A DNA stretch of 64,000 nucleotides from positions 1,056,001-1,120,000 of the forward strand of contig CP068257.2 in NCBI GenBank assembly GCA_009914755.4. Direction: 5' to 3'. The notes below the pieces were generated by a model that had not been told where the DNA came from, searched no databases, and saw only the letters and a list, made by a program, of their open reading frames with translations. The stretch is from the human T2T-CHM13v2.0 reference genome, Homo sapiens. The stretch's first letter is position 1, and each line of letters opens with the position of its first letter. Below are positions 33,801 to 53,900 of the stretch, one piece after another. The position numbers and the translations under genes are program-made.

Positions 33801-34779
33801 ATAGGCAGATCCAAGACAAGAGTCCGTCACCTTGGTGATCATTGCAGAAATATGTCACAATGCCCCCTTAGGCAGAGCCTAGACAAAAGCCCCATCACCT
33901 GGATGATCAGTGCAGATTTATGTCACAAAGTCCCTCTAGGTAGATCCTAAACAAGAGTTACATCACCTGGGTGATCAGTGCAGACATATGTCACACTGCC
34001 TCTGTAGGCAGCGCCTAGACAAGTGTTACATGACCTAGGTGATCAGTGCAGAGATACATCGCAATGACCCTGTAGGCAGAACCTTCACAAGTGGTATATC
34101 AGGTGGGTGATCATTGCAGGTATATGTCACAAGGCACCCTGTAGGCCGATCCTAGAGAAGAGTTATATCACCTGGGTAATCAGTGCAGAGATATGTCACA
34201 AGCCCCCTGTAGGCAGAGCCTAGTCAAGAGTTATATCTCCTGGGTGATCAGTGCAGTTATATGTCACGATGTCGTGTAGCCAGAGCCTAGACTAAAGTTA
34301 CAGCACCTTGGAGAACATTGCAGATATATTTCGCAATGCCCCTGCAGGCAGACCGTAAGGAAGAGTTACATCACCTAGATGATCAGTGCAGAGATATGTC
34401 ACAAGGCCCCCTATAGGCAGAGCCTGGACAAGAGTTGCATCATCTCGGTGATCAATGTAGTGATATGTCACTATGCCCTGTAGGCAGAGCCTAGTCAAGC
34501 GTTACATCACCAGGGTGATCAGTGCAGAGATATGTCACAAAGCCCCCATAAACAGAGGCTACACAAGTGCCCCATCACTTTGGTGATCAGTGCAGAAATA
34601 TGTCACAATGCCCCCACAGGCACACCCAAGAGAAGAGTTACATCACCTGGGTGATCAGTGTAGAGATATTTCACAATTCCCCCTTAGGCAGAGCTTAGAC
34701 AAAAGTCCCATCACCTGGGTGATAAAAGCAGAGATATGTCACAAACCCCCTGTAGGCAGAGCCTAAACAAGAGTTACTT
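27853..34779 (-). repeat. Beta-satellite array, orientation R (reverse complement of the monomer seen at 1-26099)
   Basis: Monomer approx. cagagcctagacaagagttacatcacctgggtgatcagtgcagagatatgtcacaatgcccctgtaggcaga, the exact reverse complement of the left-hand arrays. Begins with the reverse complement of the diverged flank-associated monomer block. Confidence 0.9.
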
Positions 34780-37569
<2,790 letters not shown>

Positions 37570-40500
37570 CCTGGAGAATAGTTACATCTCCTGGATGATC
37601 AGTTCAGAAATGTGTCACAATGCCCCTTCCTGCGGAGACTAGAGAAGATTTGCATCATTTGAGTGATCAGTGTAGAGATATATCACAATGTCCTCTGTAT
37701 AAAAAGCCTGGAAATGATTTACATCACCTCGGAGATCAGTGCATAGGTATGTCAGAAATCCCCAGTAGGCTGAACCTAGACAAGGGTTACATCACTTAGG
37801 TGATCAGGGTAGAGATACCTGAAAATTCCCGTGTAGACAGAGCCTAGACAAGTGTTACATCACCTAGTGATCAGTGCAGGGATAAGTTGTAAAGCCTCCT
37901 GTAGGCAGAGTGTAGACAAGTGTTTCCTCTCTGGGGTGATCAGTGCAGAGTTATGTCACAAAGCCCCTTTAAGCAGAACCTCGACAAGGGTTACATCACC
38001 TGTTTGATCAGTGGAAATGTATATCACAAAGCCCCCGTAGGCAAAGCCCAGACAATTGTTACATCACCTGGGTGAGCAGTGGAGAGATCTGTCACAATGA
38101 TTCTGTCGGCAGAACTTAGACAAGGGTTACATCACCTGGGTGATCAGTGCAGAGATATGTCAAAACGCTACTGTAGGCTGAACCTAGGAATGAGTTACAC
38201 CAACTGGGTGATCAGTGCAGAGATATGTGAGAATTCCCGTGTAGGCAGAGTCTAGACAAGTGTTACATCACCTAGGTTATCAGTGCAGGTATAAGTCATA
38301 AAGCCTCCTGTAGGCAGAGCGTAGACAAGAGTTCCCTCCCCAGGATAATCAGTGCAGAGATGTGTCACAAAGCCCCTGTAGGCAGAGCCTAGACAAGAGT
38401 TACATGACCTAGGTGATCAGTGCAGAGACACATCGCAATGTCCCTGTAGGCAGAACCTTGACAAGTGGTACATCACCTGGGTGATCATTGCAGGGATATG
38501 TCACAAAGCACCTTGTAGGCAGACCACAGAGAAAAGTTATATCACCTGGGTGATCAGTGCAGAGATATGTAAAAAGCCCCCTGTAGGCAGAGCATAGACA
38601 AGAGTTACATCACCTGGGTGATCAGTGCAGAGATTTGACACAATGCCCCCATAGACAGAGCCTTGACAAGACTTCCATTACCTGGGTGATCTGTGTAGAG
38701 ATATGTCACAAATCCCCCTCCAGGCAGAGTATAGAGTAGAGTCCCATCACCTGGGTGATCAGTGCAGAGATATTTCACAATGCCCCTTGTACGCAGAGAG
38801 TGGACAAGAGTTACATAACCTAGGTGATCTGTGCAGAGCTATGTCAAAACGCCCCTGTAGGCAGAGGCTAGATAAATGTTACATCACCTGGGTGATCAGT
38901 GCAGAGATACGTCACAATACCCCATGTAGGTGGAGCCCAGACAAGAGTTACATCACCTGGGTGATCAGTGCAGAGATACGTCACAATAACCCCTGTAGGT
39001 GGAGCCTAGACATTAGTTACATCACCTGGGTGATCAGTGCAGAGATATGTAACAAAGCCCCTGTAGGCAGAGCCTAAACAAGAGTTACATCACCAGGGCG
39101 ATCAATTTAGAAATATGTCACAAAGCCCCGTAGGCCGAGCCTAGACAAGACTTACATCTCCTGGGTGATCAGTGCAAAGATATGTCACAAAGCCAACTGT
39201 AGACAAATCCCATAAAATTGTTACATCACCTGAGTGATCAGTGGAGATATCTGTCACAATTCCCCTTTAGGCGAAGCTTAGAAACACGTTACATCACATG
39301 AGTGATCAGTGCAGAGATATGTCACTATGCCCCCATAGGCAGATCCAAGACAAGAGTCCATCACCTGGGTGATCAGTGCAGAAATAAGCCACAATACCGC
39401 CAGTAGGCAGATATAGACAAGAGTTACATCACCTGCGTGATCACTGCAGAGATAAGTCACAATGCCCCTGTAGGAAGAGCCTAGAGAAGAGTCCCATCAT
39501 CTGGGTGATCAGTGCAGAGTTATGTCTCAATGCCCCCTTTTGGCAGAGCCTAGACAAGCGTTACATCACCAGGGTGATCAGTGCAGGGAAGTGTCACAAG
39601 CCCCCAGTAGCCAGAGCCTAGACAAGAGTTATATCAGCTTTGTGATCAGTGCAGTGACATGTCACAATGTCCATGTAGCCATATCATTGAGAAAAGTGAC
39701 ATCACCTTGGTGATCAGTGTGGAGATATGTCACAATGTCTCCAGTAGTCAGAGCCTAGACAAGAGTTACATCACCTGGATGATCAGGGCAGAGACATGTC
39801 ACAATGCCCCCTGTAAGCAGATCCCAGACAAGAGTTGCATCACCTCGGTGATCAGTGGAGAGATACGTCTCAATGCCCCCTGTCAGCGAAGCCTATACAA
39901 GAGTTACATCATCTCGGTGATCAGTGCAGTGATATGTGAAAATGCCCCTGTAGGCAGAGCCTAGACAAGAGTTACATCACCTGGGTGATCAGTGCAGAGA
40001 TATCTCATGGTACCCCCTGTAAGCAGAGCCTAGACAAGAGTTACATCACCTGGGTGATCAGTGCAGAGATATGTCATAAAATCCACTGTAGGCAAAGCCT
40101 AGACAAGTTTTACATCACCTCAGCGATCAGTGCAGAGATATGTCCCAATGTGCCTCTAGGCAGAGCTTAGAGAAGAGTCACATCTCCTGGGTGATCAGTG
40201 CGGAGATAAGTCACAATGCCCCCGTAGGCTGAGCCTAGACAAGAGTTACATAACCCGGTTGATCCGTGCAGAGATAAGTCCCAATGCTCCCATAGTCAGA
40301 GCCTAGAAAAGTGTTACATAACCCAGGTGATCCGTGCAGAGTGATGTCACACCGCCCTCTGTAGGTAGAGACTAGAAAAGAGTTACATCATCTGGGTGAT
40401 CAGTGCAGAGATATGTCGCAATGCCCACTGTAGGCAGATCATAGAGAAGAGTTGCATCACCTGGGTGATCAGTGCAGAAATATGTCACAATGCCCTCTTT

Positions 40501-41869
40501 GGCAGAGCCTAGACAAAAGCCCCAACACCTGGATGATCAGTGCAGAGTTATGTCACAATGCCACTGTAGGCAGAGCTGAGACAAGCGTTACATGACCTAG
40601 ATGATCAGTGCAGAGATACATCGCAATGCCCCTGCAGGCAGAGCCTTGAGAAGTGGTATATCACCTGGGTGATCATTGCAGGGATATGTCACAAAGCACC
40701 CTGTAGGCAGATCCTAGAGGAGAGTTATATCACCTGGGTGATCAGTGCAGATATATGTCACAAGCCCCCTGTAGGCAGAGCCTAGACAAGAGTTATATCA
40801 CCTGGGTGATCAGTGCAGTGATATGTCACAATGCCGTGTAGCCAGAGCCTAGACTAAACTTACAGCACCTGGGAGATCAGTGCAGAGATATGTCACAATG
40901 TCCCCAGTAGGCAGAGACCAGGCAAGAGTTGGATCACCTCGGCATCAGTGCAGAGATATGTCTCAATCCCCGTGTGGGCATAGCCTAGACAAGAGTTACA
41001 TCACCTCGGTTAACAGTGCAGAGATATGTCAAAATGCCCCTGTAGGCAGAGCCTACACAACTGTTACATCACTGAGGTTATCAGTGCAGATATATGTCAC
41101 AATACCCCCTGTAAGCAGAGCCTAGACAAGAGATACATCACCTGGGTGATCAGTGCAGAGATATGTGACAAGGCCCCTTTTAACAGAGCCTAGACAATAG
41201 TTACATCACCTGAGTGGTCAGTAAATAGATCTGTCACAATGCCCCTTTAGGCAGAGCTTAGACCAGAGTTACATCAGCTGGGTGATCAGTGAAGAGATAT
41301 GTCAGAATGCCCCCATAGGCTCATCCAAGACAAGATTCCTTCACCTGGGTGATCAGTGCAGAAATATATGACAATGCCCCCAGTAGGCAGAGCCTAGAGA
41401 AGAGTCCCATCACCTGGATGATCAGTGTAGAGATATTTCACAATGCCCCTGCAGGCAGAGCGTAAGCAAGTGTTACATCACCTAGATGATCAAGTGCAGA
41501 GATATGTCACAAGGCCCCCTATAGGCAGAGCCTGGACAAGAGTTACAACACCTCGAAGATCAATGCAGTGATATGTCACTATGCCCCGAAGGCAGAGCCT
41601 AGTCAAGCGTTGCATCACCTGGTTGATCAGTGCAGAGATATGTCACAAAGCCCCCATACACAGAGCCTAGACAAGAGTCCCATCACCTGGGTGATCAGTG
41701 CAGATATATGTCACAATGCCCTCATAGGCTGATCCAACACAAGAGTTACATCACCTGGGTGATCAGTGTAGGGACATGTCAAAATGTCCCCATAGGCAGA
41801 GCCTAGACAAAAGACCCATCACCTGGGTGATCAGTGCAGAGATGTGTCACAAAGCCCCTGTAGGCAGAG
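37570..41869 (-). repeat. Beta-satellite array, orientation R
   Basis: 68-bp monomers, R orientation. Confidence 0.9.
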
Positions 41870-44542
<2,673 letters not shown>

Positions 44543-45162
44543 CAAGGCCTGGCACACACCGGGGACGCTGAGCGTTTCAGGTGGGAGGGAAGGCGGGCAG
44601 AGATGGAGAGAGGAACCAGAGACCTAAAGGGGCAGAAGGATGGGCGGAGGGAATTTAGCAGGGGGGAAAGGAGGGAAGGAGGGAGGGAGGGAAGCAGGGA
44701 GGAACGAAGGGAAAGAAAGAGAGACGCAGTGACTGGGTGCGGGCGGGAGGGAGCCAGGGAGAGAGGGAGGAAGGCAGAGAAGAAAAGTGGTCTTCGGCCT
44801 CTCGGAGGAACGGGACCCCCGCCCTCCGGGAAAATGGTAAGCATCCGGCACAAGCTGAGGGCTCAGGAAACAGCCGCCGCGTCTGCCGGCGGAGCAGTCA
44901 TTCGCTCCGTTTCCGTGGCCCAGGGAATGGGCAGTTTCCTCTGAGACAAAAGACCGGGACTCGGGTTGGCATCGGGTTTTCACCGGCATGGATCACAGAC
45001 CGCACATCCCCAGGCTGAGCCCCACAATGGAGCACGAGGCCGACAGCCCCGACCGCGGAGGAGCCACACTTGGGACGAAGGAGGCGTGATGTTGGTTTCC
45101 GCGTGGCTTTGCCCTCTGCAAGGCGGCTTGTTGCTCACTTCTCTCCGGCCCCCGAAAAGTTG
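44543..45162. other. About 620-bp non-satellite spacer between tandem D4Z4-like units E and F. Contains a purine-rich (GGAAGG/GGGAGG) low-complexity tract at about 44640-44800
   Basis: No similarity to the beta-satellite monomer or to the 3' flanks of units A-D and G. It replaces the beta-satellite array found between all other unit pairs. Confidence 0.7.
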
Positions 45163-45537
45163 GCCATGCTGTTTGCTCCCGGAGATCTGCGGGCACCCGG
45201 AAACATGCAGGGAAGGGTGGTAGACTGGCATGGTGCCTTCGCTCTCCTTGCCAGTTTCCAAACCGGCCACACTGCAGACTCCCCATGTTGCTGCACACAG
45301 GAATCTATCGTCAGGCCATCACGCTTGGGAGGCATCTTCTCTCTGGGGTCTCACTCTGGTCTCCTATGTGGAAATGAATGAGAGCCACACGCCTGCGTGG
45401 GTGAGACTTTCCCGGCAACGGCGACACCCACAGGCACTGCCTCCTTCACGGAGAGAGGGCCTGGAACACTCAAGACTCAAAGGGAGGTTCAGTTCCACAC
45501 TCTCCTCTACCCTCCCAGTCCGGTTTCTCCCTGCTGA

Positions 45538-47224
<1,687 letters not shown>

Positions 47225-47929
47225 GACGTGGGGTTGGGACGGGGTCGGGTCGGGGCAGGGCGGTGGCCTCTCTTTCGCGGGGAACACCTGGCTGGCTATG
47301 GAGTGGTGTGTCTTCCCCCTGCCACCTCCACCGAGCTGACCAGCCTGGGATTCCTGCCTTCTAGGTCTAGGCCTGGTGAGAGACTCCACGCAGTGGATAA
47401 CTGCCATTCTTTCCTGAGCATCCCGAGGATCCCAGATCCGGCCCAGGTACCAGCAGGTGGGCGGCCTACTGTGCACGGGTGGGTTTATGGGCAGCCGCCT
47501 GGGCAGTGAGAGCAGCCCGGACAGAGTTCTCATGCCTTTCCAGCACTCCACCACCGCCTGACAACCCTCTCCCCACACCCACCCCCAACTCCCGGAAAAT
47601 GCGTCCTCCCCTGGGCTGGGTGGATACCGCCGTCCCACAAAACACCAGGCACATGCAGCGTCCAGGCCTGACACCCCACTGGCATCTCGCCTCCTCTGTG
47701 CCTCCGTGCCACCTTCGCCGGACCGCCCGTGCCCCTGCAGCCTCCCAGCTGCCACAATGGAGCGCCTAGCTGTGGAACGCAGAAATCTAGCTCTCTTTGC
47801 CATCCTCCTGGCTAGACCTGCGCTCATTGCAGACACTGGCTGACGTGCAAGGGAGCATGGTGGCCTCTCTATGCTGGTGTCCGTCCGTGGAATTCCAGCT
47901 GAGGCTTTCCCAACACCTTGAGAATAGAT

Positions 47930-50900
47930 ACAACTCCTGGATGATCAGTTCAGAAATATGTCACAATGGCCCCTCCCTGTGGAGCCTAGAGAAGATTTGA
48001 ATTATTTGGGTGATCTGTGCAGAGATATATCACAAGGTCCCCTGTACAAAAAGCATGGAAATGATTTACATCACCTCGGTGATCAGTGCATAGGTGTGTC
48101 AGAAATCCCCAGTAGGCTGAACCTAGACAAGGGTTACATTACTTAGGTGATCAGTGTAGAGATATGTGAAAATTCCGGTGTAGACAGAGCCTAGACAAGT
48201 GTTACATCAACTAGTGATCAGCGCAGGGATAAGTCGTAAAGCCTCCCATAGGCAGAGTGTAGACAAGTGTTTCCTCCCTGGGGTGATCAGTGTAGAGATA
48301 GGTCACAAAGCCCCTGTAAGCAGAACCTTGACAAAAGTTACATCACCTGTTTGATCAGTGGAAATGTATATCACAAAGCCCCCTGTAGGCAAAGCCCAGA
48401 CAACAGTTACATGACATGGGTGAGCAGTGGAGACATCTGTCACAATGCCCCTCTAGGCAGAGCTTAGACAAGGGTTACATCACCTGAGTGATCAGTGAAG
48501 AGATATGTCAAAACGCTCCTGTAGGCTGAACCTAGACAGGAGTTACATCACCCGGGTGATCAGTGCAGAGATATGTGACAATTCCCGTGTAGGCATAGTC
48601 TACACAAGTGTTACATCACCTAGGTTATCAGTACAGGTATAAGTCATAAAGCCTCCTGTAGGCAGAGCGTAGACAAGAGTTCCCTCCCCAGGGTGATCAG
48701 TGCAGAGATGTGTCACAAAGCCCCTGTAGGCAGAGCCTAGACAAGAGTTTCATCACATGGTTGATCAGTTCAGAGATGTGTCACAATGTCCATGTAGGCA
48801 GATCAAAGACAAGAGTCCATCACATGGGTGATCAGGGCAGAGATATGTACCAATATCCCCTGTAGGCAGTGCCTAGACAAGAGTTGCATCACCTCAGAGA
48901 TCAGTGCATAGATATGTCACAAAGCCTTCTGTAGGCAAAGCCCATACAAGGTTTACATCACCTAGGTGATCAGTGCAGTGATATGCCACACAATTCCCTG
49001 TAGACACAGACTAGACAAGAGTTACATAACCTGGGTGATCCGTACAGATATTTGACACAATGCACCAATAGATAGAGCCTAGACAAGACTTCCATCACAT
49101 GGGTGATCAGTCCAGAGTTATGTCACAAATCCGCCTCTAGGCAGAGTATGTAGAAGAGTCCCATCACCTGGGTGATCAGTGCAGAGATATTTCACAATGC
49201 CCCCTGTGGGCAGAGAGTGGACAAGAGTTACATAAGATAGGTGATCTGTGCAGAGCAATGTCAAAACGCCCCTGTAAGCAGAGCCTAGATAAATGTTACA
49301 TCACCTGGGTGATCAGTGTGGAGATACGTCACAATACCCCCGGTAGGTGGAGTATAGACAAGTGTTACATCACCTTGGTGATCAGTACAGAAATATGTCA
49401 CAAAGCCCCTGTAAGCAGAGCCTAAACAAGAGTAACATCACCTGGGTGATCAGTGCAGAAATATGTCACAAAGCCTCTGTGTGCCGAGCCTAAGCAAGAG
49501 TTACATCTCCTGGGTGATCAGAGCAAAGATATGTCACAAAGCCCCCTGTAGACAAATCCCAGAAAATTGTTGCATCACCTGGGTGATCCATGGAGATATC
49601 TGTCTCAATTCCCCTTTAGGCGCAGTTTAGACAAGCATTACATCACATGAGTGATCAGTGCGGATATATGTCACTTTGCCCCCATAGGCAGATCCAAGAC
49701 AAGAGTCCATCACCAGGGTGATCAGTGAAGAAATATGCCACAACGCCGCCAGTAGGCAGATATAGACAAGAGTTACATCACCTGCGTGATCACTGCAGAG
49801 ATATGTCACAATGCACCTGTAGGCAGAGCCTAGACAAGAGTCCCATCACCTGGGTGATCAGTGCAGAGTTATGTCGCAATACCCCCTTTTGGCAGATCCT
49901 AGACAATGGTTACATCACCTGGGTGATCAGTGAAGAGATGTGTCACAAGCCCCTGTAGCCAGAGCCTAGACATGAGTTACATCAGCTGTGTGATCAGTGC
50001 AGTGACATGTCACAATGTCCCTGTAGCCATATCCTGGACAAAAGTGACATCACCTGGATGATCAGTGTAGAGATATGTCACAATGTCTCCAGTAGGGAGA
50101 GCCTAGACAAGAGTTACATCACCTGGGTGATCCGGGCAGAGATATGTCACAATGCCCCCTGTAAGGAGATCAGAGGCAAGAGTTAAATCACCTCAGTGAT
50201 CAGTGCACAGATATGTCTCAATGCCCCCTGTCAGCGAAGCCTATAGAAGAGTTACATCATCTCGGTGATCAGTGCAGTGATATGTTAAAATGCCCCTGTA
50301 GGCAGAGCCTGGACAAGAGTTACATCACCTGGGTGATCAGTGCAGAGATATCTCCCAATACACCCTGTAAGCAGAGCCTAGACAAGAGTTACATCACCTG
50401 GGTGATCAGTGCAGATATGTCATAAATCCCACTGTAGGCAAAGCCTAGACAAGTTTTACATCACCTAAAGGATCAGTGCAGAGATATGTCCCAATGTCCC
50501 TCTAGGCAGAGCTTAGACAAGAGTCACATCTCCTGGGTGATCAGTGCAGAGATAAGTCACAATGCCCTCATAGGCAGAGGCTAGACAACAGTTACACAAC
50601 ACGGGTGATCCGTGCAGAGTGATGTCACAACGCCCTCTGTAGGCAGAGACTAGAAAAGAGTTACATCACCTGGGTGATCAGTGCAGAAATGTGTCACAAT
50701 GTCCCCTGTAGGCTGAGCATAGAGAAGAGTTGCATCACCTCTGTGATCAGTGCAGAGATATGTCACAATGTCCCCTGTAGGCAGAGCATAGAGAAGAGTT
50801 GCATCACCTGGGTGGTCAGTGAAGAGATATGTCACAATGTCCCAAGTAGGCAAAGCCTAGGCAAGAGTTACATGACCTTTGTCATCAGTTCAGGGATATG

Positions 50901-53900
50901 TGAAAACGCCCCTGTAGGCAGAGCCTGAACAAGTGTTACATCCCCTAGTTGATCAGTGCAGAGATATTTCACAATACACCCTGTAGGCAGATCCTAGACA
51001 AGAGTTGAATCACCTGGGTGATCAGTGCAGAGATATTTCACAATGCCCCCTTTGGGCAGAGGATAAATAAGAGTTACATCACCAAGGTGATCAGTACAGA
51101 GAGTTGTCAAAATTCCCTATAAGCAGTGATTATAAAAGTGTAACATCACCTAAGTGATCAGTTCAGAGATATGTCACCAAGCTCCTGTAGGCAGAACTTA
51201 GGTGAGTTAGGTCACCTGAGTGATCAGTGCAAAGGTATGTCAAAAGCCCCCTGTAGGCAAAGTCTAGACAATAGTTACATCACTTGGGTGATCAGTGGCG
51301 AGATCACTGACAATTCCCCTGTAGGCAGAGCTTATACAACCTTTACATCACCTGGGTGATCAGTGCAGAGATATGTCCCAATGCCCCCATAGGCAGATCC
51401 AAGACAAGAGTCCGTCACCTGGGTGATCAGTGCAGAAATATGTCACAATGCCCCCTTAGGCAGAGCCTAGACAAAAGCCCCATCACGTGGATGATCAGTG
51501 CAGAGATATGTCACAATGCCACTGTAGGCAGAGCCTAGACAAGTGTTACCTGACCTAGGTGATCAGTGCAGAGATACATCGCAATGTCCCTGTAGGCAGA
51601 GCCCTGACAAGTGGTACATCACCTGTGTGATCATTGCAGGGATATGTCACAAAGCACGCTGTAGGCAGATCCTAGAACAGAGTTACATCACTTGGGTGAT
51701 CAGTGCAGAGATATGTCACAATGCCACTGTGGGCAGAGCCTAGACAAGGATTACATGACCTAGGTGGTCAGTACAGAGATACATCCCAATGCCCCTGTAG
51801 ACAGAGCCTTGACAGGTAGTATATCACCTGAGTGATAATTTCAGGGATATGTCACAAAGAACCCTATAGACAGATCCTAGAGAAGAGTTGTATCTCCTGG
51901 GTGATCAGTGCAGAGATATGTCACAATGCCGTGTAGCCGGAGCCTAGACTAAATTTACAGCACCTGGGAGATCAGTGCAGAGACACGTCACAATGTCCCC
52001 AGTAGCCAGAGACCAGGCAAGAGTTGCATCACCTCAGGATCAGTGCAGAGATACGTCTCAATCCCCCAGTGGGCACAGCCTAGACAAGAGTTACATCACC
52101 TCAGTTAAACAGTGCAGGGATACGTCAAAATGCCCCTGTAGGCAGAGCCTACAAAAGTGTTACATCACTTAGATGATCACTGCAGAGATATGTCACAAAA
52201 CCCCCTGTAAGCAGAACCTAGACCAGAGTTACATCACCTGGGTGATCAGTGCAGGGATATGTGAGAATTCCCGTGTAGGCAGAGCCTAGAGAAGAGTTAC
52301 ATCACCTAGGTTATCAGTGCAGGTATAAGTCATAAAGCCTCCTGTACGCAGAGTGCAGACAAGAGTTTCGTCCCCAGGGTGATCAGTGCAGAGATGTGTC
52401 ACAAAGCCCCCGTAGGCAGAGCCTAGACAAGAGTTTCATCACTTGGTTGATCAGTTCAGAGACGTGTCACAATGTCCATGTAGCAGATCTAAGACAAGAG
52501 TCCATCACCTGGGTGATCAGTGCAGAAATATGTACCAATGTCCCCTGTAGGCAGTGCCTAGACAAGAGTTTCATCACCTCACTGATCAGTGCACAGATAT
52601 GTCACAAAGCCTTCTGTAGGCAAAGCCCATACAAGGCTTATATCACCTAGGTGATCATTGCAGTGATTTGTCACAAAATTCCCTGTAGACAGAGCCTAGA
52701 AAAGAGTTAAATCACCTGGGTGATCAGTGCAGATATTTGACACAATGCCCCCATAGACAAAGCCTAGACAAGACTTACATCACCTGGGTGATCAGTGCAG
52801 AGATATGTCACAAATCCTCCTCTAGGCAGAGTATAGAGAAGAGTCCCATCACCTGGGTGATCAGTGCAGAGATATTTCACAATGCTCCCTGTAGGCAGAG
52901 AGTGGAAAAGCGTCACATAACCTAGTAGATCTGTGCAGAGCTATGTCAAAACGCCCCAGTAGGCAGACCCTAGATAAATGTTACATCACCTGGGTGATCA
53001 GTGCAGAGATACGTCACAATACCCCTGTAGGTGGAGCCTAGACAAGAGTTACATCACCTGAGTTATCAGTGCAGAAATATGTCACAAAGCCCATGTAGGT
53101 CGAGACTGGACAAGAGTTACATCTCCTGGGTGATCAGTGCAAAGATATGTCACAAAGCCCCCAGTAGACATATCCCAGAAAATTTTTACATCACCTGGGT
53201 GATCCATGGAGATATCTGTCACAATTCCCCTTTAGGCACAGCTTAGACAAGCGTTACATCACATGAGTGATCAGTGCAGAGATATGTCACTATGACCTCA
53301 TTGGCAGATCCAAGACAAGAGTCCATCACCTGTGTGATCAGTGCAGAAATATGCCACAATGCCGCCAGTAGTCAGATAAAGACAAGAGTTACATCACCTG
53401 CGTGATCACTGCAGATATATGTCACAATGCCCATGTAGGCAGAGCCAATTCAAGAGTCCCATCACCTGGGTGATCAGTGCAGAGATGTGTCACAATCCCC
53501 CTGTAGCCAGAGCATAGACAAGATTTGCAGCAGCTCTGTGAACAGTGCAGTGACATGTCACAATGTCCCTGTAGCAATATCCTTGATAATAGTGACATCA
53601 CCTGGGTGATCAGTGTGGAGATATGTCACAATGTCTCCAGTTGGCAGAACCTAGACAAGAGTTACATCACCTGGGTGATCAGTGCAGAGATCTGTCAGAA
53701 AGCTCCTTTGGGCAGAGCTTAGACCAGAGTTACATCACCTGGGTGATCAGTGCAAGGATATGTCACAAAGCCCCTGTAGGCAGAGCCTAAACAAGAGTTA
53801 CATCACCTGGGTGATCAGTGCAGAAATATGTCACAAAGCCTCTGTAGGCCGAGCCTAGACAAGAGTTACATCTCCTGGGTGATCAGTGCAAAGATATGTC

